A stretch of 19,484 nt of DNA, from assembly GCA_964360965.1 (NCBI GenBank), contig CAYHYM010000010.1, forward strand, positions 1 through 19,484, given 5' to 3'. Below, piece by piece: positions 14,174 through 19,484 of the stretch (within the stretch, counting starts at the first letter, position 1; the number at the start of each line of letters is the position of its first letter). A program made the position numbers and the translations under genes. The notes below the pieces were generated by a model. That model did no database searches and had not been told where the DNA came from. It saw only the letters and a program-made list of their open reading frames with translations. The stretch is from an uncultured Gammaproteobacteria bacterium. GTDB taxonomy: Bacteria > Patescibacteriota > Microgenomatia > Daviesbacterales > UBA10151.

Positions 14174-15811
14174 ATGGTTAAAAATATTTTTGAGTTGCTC
14201 TCTGCCAAACAGACCTCCATTCTTTCCGGCGCCGTGATTATCATGGCAACTGTTGTTGCCTCAAAGATACTGGGACTTACCAGGGACAGGTTGCTTGCTC
14301 ATCTTTTCTCACCTGATATAACGGAGATATTTTTTGCCTCCATCAGACTGCCTGATTTGATCTTTCAACTGACTGTTTTGGGTGCCCTGTCTATTGCATT
14401 TATCCCTGTATTTACAGATTACTGGCAAAATAAAGGTCAGGAAGAGGCATTTGATATGGCCAGGGCTGTTTTAGGGATTGCTCTTTTAGTATTCGTGGGG
14501 ATGATGATTCTAGTATATATTTTTGCTGATTTTCTGACTGCCCACTTTATAGTGCCGGGATTTTCTTTTGACAGGCAAACGCAAGTAGTTGCTTTAACCA
14601 GGATTATATTAATAGGACAGTTACTTTTGACTGTTGGATCATTTTTTATAGGTATCTTGCAATCATTTCAGCGTTTTATCATTCCTGCCCTTGCTTCTGT
14701 TTTTTATAATGTGGGAATTATTATCGGCATCCTTTTTCTGTCCGAATCTTTGGGGATTGCAGGTGCAGCCTATGGTGTGGTGATAGGAGCTGTTTTGCAT
14801 GGACTGGTGCAGCTGCCTTTGGTATTGTCTTTGGGTTTTCGCTTCAAATTACCAATACGGCTTTGGCATCCTGGAGTCAAAGAAATAACAAGACTGATGA
14901 GTGTGAGAACTTTCGGTTTGGCGGCAGAACAGATTAACGAAACAGTGGGACTGGCTCTGGCATCTTTAGCTTCAATTGGGTCTGTAACTTATCTTACTTT
15001 TGCTTCTCACCTGCAGGTTGTTCCCATTGGTCTTTTCGGGACAACTTTAGCGCAAGCTGCATTGCCGGTACTTTCATCGGAGAGGGCAAGAGGGAAAATA
15101 GAGGAGTTCAAAATAACCCTTATTACCACTATGCATCAGATACTTTTTTTGGCGCTTCCCGCAGCAGCTATTTTGATTGTGATAAGAATTCCCGTTGTTA
15201 GGCTTATTTTCGGAGCTTCTCAATTTGACTGGGAAGCAACGGTTTTAACAGGCGCGACACTGGCATATTTGGCAATTGGTCTTTCGGCTCAAGCTGTTTC
15301 TTTACTTTTGGTCAGAGGTTTTTATGCTCTAAAAGATACCCGCACTCCTGTTTTAGTATCTTTGATAGTGGTGACTTTAAATATCGTTTTAAGTGTTTAT
15401 TTTATTCTGTCTTTAAAACTTGATGTTTGGAGCATTGGACTTGCCAACTCCATTTCAGCAATATTATCATCAATCTTACTTTTTGGGTTTCTTCATCAAA
15501 AAGTGGGAAAGTTTAATTTAAAAGATGTGATAGCGCCTTTTCTAAAGATGGCTATGGCAACTGTTATTATGGGTGTTGCTTTATATGTTCCCATAAAGCT
15601 TTTGGATGCTGTTATTTTTGATACCACCAGAACTATCAATCTGTTGGTACTGACAGTCATATCATCTATGTTCGCCCTTTCAGTCTATGTACTGTTGGTT
15701 TGGTTTTTAAAAGTTAGGGAGCTGCAAACTTATGCGGACTTGATTAGGAGGGTTACCAAATTTCAAACTAAACTTCACCCTAAAGAGATTATTACTCCAG
15801 ATGAATATTAG
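14174..15811 (+). CDS. murJ: Lipid II flippase MurJ (MviN family)
   Basis: 545 aa polytopic membrane protein. N-term ..SGAVIIMATVVASKILGLTRDRLLAHLF.., ..RGFYALKDTRTPV... Confidence 0.9.
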   Translation: MVKNIFELLSAKQTSILSGAVIIMATVVASKILGLTRDRLLAHLFSPDITEIFFASIRLPDLIFQLTVLGALSIAFIPVFTDYWQNKGQEEAFDMARAVLGIALLVFVGMMILVYIFADFLTAHFIVPGFSFDRQTQVVALTRIILIGQLLLTVGSFFIGILQSFQRFIIPALASVFYNVGIIIGILFLSESLGIAGAAYGVVIGAVLHGLVQLPLVLSLGFRFKLPIRLWHPGVKEITRLMSVRTFGLAAEQINETVGLALASLASIGSVTYLTFASHLQVVPIGLFGTTLAQAALPVLSSERARGKIEEFKITLITTMHQILFLALPAAAILIVIRIPVVRLIFGASQFDWEATVLTGATLAYLAIGLSAQAVSLLLVRGFYALKDTRTPVLVSLIVVTLNIVLSVYFILSLKLDVWSIGLANSISAILSSILLFGFLHQKVGKFNLKDVIAPFLKMAMATVIMGVALYVPIKLLDAVIFDTTRTINLLVLTVISSMFALSVYVLLVWFLKVRELQTYADLIRRVTKFQTKLHPKEIITPDEY

Positions 15812-17555
15812 AAACTTTTGTATCATAAGCCATGTTGATCACGGGAAGTCTACACTTGCTGATCGGCTAATTGAAATAACAGGTACTGTGCCAAAGGATA
15901 AGTTAAAACCACAGTTACTGGATTCTCTGGCTCTGGAGCGAGAACGAGGTATCACCATAAAGCTTGCCCCAGTGCGCCTACGATATACCATAAACGATAT
16001 ACCATATACGCTTAACTTAATAGATACTCCCGGCCACGTTGATTTTTCTTATGAAGTTTCCAGAGCTCTAGCCGCGGTTGAGGGAGCGGTTTTACTAGTT
16101 GATGTAACACAGGGCGTACAAGCTCAAACTTTAGCTCATGGGTTGGCAGCATTGGAGCAGAATTTAACTTTAATTCCCGTTATAAACAAGATAGATCTTC
16201 CAAATGCTGATGTGGAAGGTGTTAAAAAGCAATTAATGGATATATTTGGTTTTGATAGCGGGGAGATTATGCTGGTTTCCGGAAAAACAGGGGCAGGGGT
16301 GGAAGAACTTTTACAAGCAGTTATAGCAAGGATTCCTGCTCCAAACTCTGAAGTTGAAAAGCCACTAAGAGCTTTGGTCTTTGATTCTTTCTTTGATTCT
16401 TATAAAGGAGTAGTGGCACAGGTAAGAGTAGTAGATGGTCAAGTACCTGAAGTGGGAGCAAAGATAAAGTTTATTGGGACCAAATCAGATGGTCAGGTAT
16501 TAGAGATGGGTTACTTTACCCCACAGTTGACACCCACCAGTACTTTAGTGGCTGGAGAAATAGGATATATTGCAACAGGAATTAAAGAGCCTGACTTGGT
16601 GAGAGTGGGAGATACCATCAGTTCCACATCGGACGTGGAAATACTATCGGGTTATAAAGAAGTCAAACCAATGGTATATGTGGGGCTTTATCCGATAGAA
16701 GCTGCCAAATATTTTGAATTAAAAGATGCTCTTTCTAAATTTAGATTAACAGATCCGGCTTTTTCTTATATTCCAGAACAATCCAAGGTTTTAGGATCAG
16801 GTTTTAGATGTGGGTTTTTAGGATTGCTACATGCAGAGGTGGTGCAGATGAGATTATGGCAAGAGTTTGGAGTAGATCTTTTAGCAACTACACCTTTAGT
16901 TGAATATCTGGTTAATGGTCAACCCTTGACTAACCCCTCGTCCCTATCCACTATTCCCTCTGATACTCGCGAGCCTTGGGTGGAGGTAAAGATTTTTACT
17001 CCACAACAGTTTATAGGAAATGTGATGGAACTGGTACAAGAAAAAAGAGGGAAATTATCTAATATGCAGTATTTTGGTACACAGGTAGAGATGATTCTTA
17101 CGATGCCACTTTCTGAAATGATCACTGATTTTTATGATAAATTAAAATCTATCTCATCCGGTTTTGCCTCTTTAGACTGGGAGTTTTTGGAATATAGGGA
17201 AGCAGATGTAGTTAGAGTTGATATTTTGGTGGCAGGGGAGAATGTAGATGCGCTGTCACAAATAGTGGTAAGGGAAAAAGCTGAGTCTGTCGGCAGGAAG
17301 ATGGTGGAAAAATTAAAAGAAGTTTTGCCAAGACAAAACTTTGCCATAGCCATCCAGGCTGTTATTGGAGGAAAAATTATTGCCAGAGAAACAGTTAGTC
17401 CTTTTAGAAAAGATGTCACAGCCAAACTTTATGGCGGAGATAGAACCAGAAAAGATAAACTTTTGGAAAAGCAGAAAAAAGGCAAGAAAAAAATGAAAAT
17501 GATAGGTCGGGTAGAGATTCCCCAAGAAGCATTTTTGAGTATATTAAAAAGTTGA
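15801..17555 (+). CDS. lepA: Translation elongation factor 4 (LepA)
   Basis: 584 aa. IRNFCIISHVDHGKSTLADRL, LIDTPGHVDFSYEV, VINKIDLP, and the C-terminal LepA domain ..AKLYGGDRTRKDKLLEKQKKGKKKMK... 11-nt overlap with murJ. Confidence 0.95.
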   Translation: MNIRNFCIISHVDHGKSTLADRLIEITGTVPKDKLKPQLLDSLALERERGITIKLAPVRLRYTINDIPYTLNLIDTPGHVDFSYEVSRALAAVEGAVLLVDVTQGVQAQTLAHGLAALEQNLTLIPVINKIDLPNADVEGVKKQLMDIFGFDSGEIMLVSGKTGAGVEELLQAVIARIPAPNSEVEKPLRALVFDSFFDSYKGVVAQVRVVDGQVPEVGAKIKFIGTKSDGQVLEMGYFTPQLTPTSTLVAGEIGYIATGIKEPDLVRVGDTISSTSDVEILSGYKEVKPMVYVGLYPIEAAKYFELKDALSKFRLTDPAFSYIPEQSKVLGSGFRCGFLGLLHAEVVQMRLWQEFGVDLLATTPLVEYLVNGQPLTNPSSLSTIPSDTREPWVEVKIFTPQQFIGNVMELVQEKRGKLSNMQYFGTQVEMILTMPLSEMITDFYDKLKSISSGFASLDWEFLEYREADVVRVDILVAGENVDALSQIVVREKAESVGRKMVEKLKEVLPRQNFAIAIQAVIGGKIIARETVSPFRKDVTAKLYGGDRTRKDKLLEKQKKGKKKMKMIGRVEIPQEAFLSILKS

Positions 17556-17581
17556 TATGAATAGAGTAGAGTTTGTTTAAC

Positions 17582-17606
17582 ATCCTCAAGGAGGCGTCGA
17601 AGAATC
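17582..17606 (-). repeat. Degenerate mini-repeat copy downstream of lepA
   Basis: Reverse complement reads GATTC-TTCGACGCCTCCTTGA-GGAT. It shares the TTCGAC start and a wobble-tolerant clamp. Confidence 0.4.
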
Positions 17607-17647
17607 AATATTGCTTTTAGGTTTAAAGAAACAGATAATTGCTCTAG

Positions 17648-18007
17648 ATGATTAAGAAGACCGCTGTGATTATTAAGGGGAACCCTAAATATGTGGAAGG
17701 AAATAAAGAGGCAGAGAGGTTTTATAATAGAATAAAAAAGTTTTTAGAGAGCTTGGGATATCAAGTTGTCTTTGATTCTGGTTTTTCACATACTTTGCCT
17801 CCTATGGCTGATTTATGGATTGGCCATTCTAGAGGAGCTGATAGATTAAGATTTGCTCCTAAGGGAGTAAAGACAATAGCTTTGGGAGTAAATTTACCAA
17901 GATCTATTAATCATCCTCAAGATCAAGTAGCTATATCAGATTGTTACCATTATATTTTTACTAAGGAGATGAAATATAAGATCAAAAAAGTACTGGAAAT
18001 TATTTAA
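17648..18007 (+). CDS. Hypothetical 119-aa protein with a GxSxG (GHSRG) elbow-like motif
   Basis: MIKKTAVIIKGNPKYVEG..DLWIGHSRGADRL..TIALGV... Beta-strand/GxSxG spacing is reminiscent of a minimal alpha/beta-hydrolase-like fold. No family recognised. GATAAT (17634-17639) lies 8 nt upstream of the ATG. Confidence 0.5.
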   Translation: MIKKTAVIIKGNPKYVEGNKEAERFYNRIKKFLESLGYQVVFDSGFSHTLPPMADLWIGHSRGADRLRFAPKGVKTIALGVNLPRSINHPQDQVAISDCYHYIFTKEMKYKIKKVLEII

Positions 18008-18084
18008 GTCAATTCTCCTCTTGATTTAAATTTCTATTTATGGTTACACTGGAATTGTAGCTTAAAGTGGAAGGGGGTGAGAGA

Positions 18085-18288
18085 ATGAAAGCATTGCATA
18101 TGGCAGCCTATCTATTGCTTTGGGTAGGCGGTATTAATTGGGGTTTAGTAGGACTTTTAAACATGAATTTGGTGGAGAGCATTTTGGGTATGGATCTGTC
18201 CAAATTGGTTTATGTAGTGGTTGGTGTAGCAACAGTTTATGTCATTGCCACTCACATGGGTGAGTGTAAGGTTTGTGGTAGTAAATGA
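18085..18288 (+). CDS. DUF378-family small membrane protein
   Basis: MKALHMAAYLLLWVGGINWGLVGLLNMNLVE..VVGVATVY.. (GGxNWGLVG is typical of DUF378). SD-like GGGGGTGA lies 5 nt upstream of ATG 18085. The ORF track start is GTG 18067. Confidence 0.75.
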   Translation: MKALHMAAYLLLWVGGINWGLVGLLNMNLVESILGMDLSKLVYVVVGVATVYVIATHMGECKVCGSK

Positions 18289-18299
18289 CGCTTTGCGTC

Positions 18300-18330
18300 A
18301 TCCTGAGGAGACATTAAGTCGACGAAGGAT
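18300..18330 (-). repeat. Mini-repeat copy downstream of the DUF378 gene
   Basis: ATCCT(18300-18304)..AGGAT(18326-18330) clamp. Reverse complement reads ATCCTTCGTCGAC..CTCCTCAGGAT. Preceded by palindrome TGACGC-ttt-GCGTCA (18286-18300), which includes the stop codon. Confidence 0.5.
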
Positions 18331-18346
18331 CTAAGGTTCTTATTTA

Positions 18347-18379
18347 AAAAATCTCGCCCTAAAAAGGGCGAGATTTTTG
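18347..18379 (+). terminator. Rho-independent terminator
   Basis: AAAAATCTCGCCC (18347-18359), a 6-nt loop, and GGGCGAGATTTTT (18366-18378): a GC core stem followed by a T-run. A-run/T-run symmetry makes it potentially bidirectional. Confidence 0.8.
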
Positions 18380-18393
18380 TGACTATTGAAGTA

Positions 18394-18422
18394 TTGACAT
18401 TTCTTAGCAGTCGTGGTAGATT
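18394..18422 (+). promoter_or_regulatory. Sigma-70-type promoter of the hrcA operon
   Basis: TTGACA (18394-18399), a 17-nt spacer, and TAGATT (18417-18422). The ATG lies 12 nt downstream with no Shine-Dalgarno sequence. Confidence 0.6.
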
Positions 18423-18430
18423 AGTGCTAA
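18404..18430 (+). promoter_or_regulatory. CIRCE operator (HrcA binding site)
   Basis: TTAGCAGTC-N9-TAGTGCTAA versus consensus TTAGCACTC-N9-GAGTGCTAA, with one mismatch per half-site. It overlaps the -10 box and predicted TSS directly upstream of hrcA. Confidence 0.85.
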
Positions 18431-18434
18431 TCTC

Positions 18435-19163
18435 ATGGTTGATTTATCTGATAGACAACAAGCACTTTTAAAAGCAATCATTGAGGAATATATAGAGAAT
18501 GCAGAGCCTGTTGGTTCAGAGGTAATCGAGAGAAAATATGATCTTGGAGTCTCGCCTGCCACTATCAGGATTGAAATGGTCAAATTAACCGATATGGGGT
18601 ATTTAAAACAACCCCATACCTCAGCAGGCAGGGTACCGACTTCTTTGGGCTTTAGGCTCTATATTCAGGATCTGATGAAGGAAAAGGAGCTTCCTGTCAC
18701 AGCCGAGGTTTCCATCAAGGAAAAACTTTGGCAGGAAAGATTTAGACGCGAGAGACTTCTTAAAGAGGCAGTGAAAGCTTTGGCAGATAGATGTGATATG
18801 TTGGGTTTGGCAACAGATAATGAGGGCCAACTCTACTGGGCGGGAGCTGCCAATATTTTGGACTGGCCTGAATTTTATGATATTGATGTGACCAGATTTG
18901 TTTTATCACTTTTTGATGAAAATCCTAGGTTAAAAGAGATTATAGGCAAGGCTGTTGGTTCTGACCCAATACATATACTTTTTGGTGAGGACATGGAATT
19001 TGAGTATTTGCGCCCAACCAGTTTTATTTTTACCAGATATGAGATGGATCTTGAGAAAGATGGGATTATTGGAGTAATTGGCCCTGCCAGAATGAATTTT
19101 GCGCTGGTTTTGCCTTATGTAAAATATGTGAGAAATTTATTAGTGGAAGCAGGCCACGTTTAG
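18435..19163 (+). CDS. hrcA: Heat-inducible transcription repressor HrcA (short form)
   Basis: 242 aa. LSDRQQALLKAIIEEYIENAEPVGSEVI..GVSPATIRIEMVKLTDMGYLKQPHTSAGRVPT.. (wHTH), and C-terminal ..GVIGPARMNF... Confidence 0.9.
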   Translation: MVDLSDRQQALLKAIIEEYIENAEPVGSEVIERKYDLGVSPATIRIEMVKLTDMGYLKQPHTSAGRVPTSLGFRLYIQDLMKEKELPVTAEVSIKEKLWQERFRRERLLKEAVKALADRCDMLGLATDNEGQLYWAGAANILDWPEFYDIDVTRFVLSLFDENPRLKEIIGKAVGSDPIHILFGEDMEFEYLRPTSFIFTRYEMDLEKDGIIGVIGPARMNFALVLPYVKYVRNLLVEAGHV

Positions 19164-19209
19164 TTTACATAAACGTGGCAGGCCACAATTAGTTTACATA
19201 ATTGCGGCA
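19152..19209 (+). repeat. Two tandem 29-nt hairpin units with identical 11-nt loops
   Basis: Unit 1 is GGCCACGTT-TAGTTTACATA-AACGTGGC-a (19152-19180). Unit 2 is GGCCACAAT-TAGTTTACATA-ATTGCGGC-a (19181-19209). The hrcA stop TAG (19161-19163) opens loop 1. Unit 2 ends 1 nt before the grpE SD GGGAGGA (19210-19216). Confidence 0.7.
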
Positions 19210-19226
19210 GGGAGGATTTAGGTCTT

Positions 19227-19484
19227 ATGGCAAAGAAACAAGATAAAGTTGCAGAATTAGAACAAAGAGTGGCAGAGCTGGAAGCACAACTAAAACGTGC
19301 CGTGGCTGATTATCAAAACTTAGAAAAAAGAATCAGTCAAGGTAGGTCAGAGTTAACAAGTTTTATGGGAGCGGAGTTGGTTAGGAAGTTGTTGCCAGTG
19401 GTTGACCACCTGGAGACTGTGATAAATGGGGGCCGACAGGTCCTGAGTGAGCAAAGCGAGTCGAAAGATTGGTTTAAAGGAGTA
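19227..19484 (+). CDS. grpE: Nucleotide exchange factor GrpE; N-terminal part, runs off the window
   Basis: MAKKQDKVAELEQRVAELEAQLKRAVADYQNLEKR..LLPVVDHLE... Canonical position after hrcA. 86 codons remain open to the window end. Confidence 0.85.
   Translation, partial: MAKKQDKVAELEQRVAELEAQLKRAVADYQNLEKRISQGRSELTSFMGAELVRKLLPVVDHLETVINGGRQVLSEQSESKDWFKGV
19440..19468 (-). repeat. Mini-repeat copy in-frame inside grpE
   Basis: Plus strand reads gTCCTGAGTGAGCAAAGCGAGTCGAAAGA, and the reverse complement is TCTTTCGACTCGCTTTGCTCACTCAGGAc. It encodes ..VLSEQSESKD... Confidence 0.5.

Noticed and set aside
13731-14237. 168-aa plus-strand ORF spanning the rpsT region
   Set aside because: It is antisense to ribosomal protein S20. 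The Leu/Phe-rich sequence is the mirror image of the Lys-rich S20 coding strand. It also reads across the rpsT and murJ promoter region.
16919-18830. ORFs 16919-17125, 17132-17425, 17313-17525 (-) and 18621-18830 (-)
   Set aside because: They are antisense shadows inside lepA and hrcA.
19152-19209. Possible CRISPR-like repeat
   Set aside because: Only two units are present, directly adjacent with no spacers, and there are no cas genes. It is better described as tandem hairpins.
1-19484. Alternative genetic code (UGA recoding as in some CPR lineages)
   Set aside because: Several well-defined genes end at TGA with sensible C-termini and coupled downstream starts (tpiA ATGA at 9694-9697, pilO-like, SurA-like, DUF378). 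No conserved protein needs read-through.

Overview
AT-rich, gene-dense 19.5 kb window with short, often overlapping genes that is almost entirely housekeeping. The reduced protein sizes (UvrD 623 aa, HrcA 242 aa, HolA-like 224 aa, Trx 86 aa) and envelope/pilus content suggest a streamlined bacterium, possibly CPR/Patescibacteria (Microgenomates-like); this lineage call is inference only. Genetic code is standard, since TGA clearly acts as a stop. Minus-strand genes in window order: sbcC (partial), sbcD, a TM-anchored SAM methyltransferase, a FemAB-family peptidoglycan bridge transferase, a SurA-N-like chaperone, a G5+3D cell-wall protein and uvrD/pcrA. Plus-strand genes follow: mini-thioredoxin, alkyltransferase-like protein (ATL), tpiA, an LCP-family protein and a holA-like gene. 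Then on the minus strand: an FN3/dockerin membrane protein, an unlisted 58-aa ORF, pilO-like, pilN-like and rpsT. Finally on the plus strand: murJ, lepA, a 119-aa hypothetical, a DUF378 protein, hrcA with a CIRCE operator, and grpE (partial). I found no rRNA, tRNA, CRISPR array, transposase, integrase or recognisable defence island, and cannot honestly point to a clear novel multi-gene system. Five things deserve a second look. (1) A dispersed family of short GC-rich hairpin mini-repeats (core TTCGAC..GCTCAG) lies both after stop codons and in-frame inside conserved genes (tpiA, holA-like, grpE, G5/3D). (2) Extended -10 boxes (TGnTAnnnT) sit 6-7 nt upstream of the ATG of five operon-first genes, implying leaderless mRNAs. 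(3) A translationally coupled pilN-pilO-58aa-FN3/dockerin module has no pilM or other pilus genes nearby. (4) Two tandem 29-nt hairpins with identical loops and differing stems sit between hrcA and grpE. (5) A C-terminal relic of an M24 Xaa-Pro peptidase abuts sbcD.
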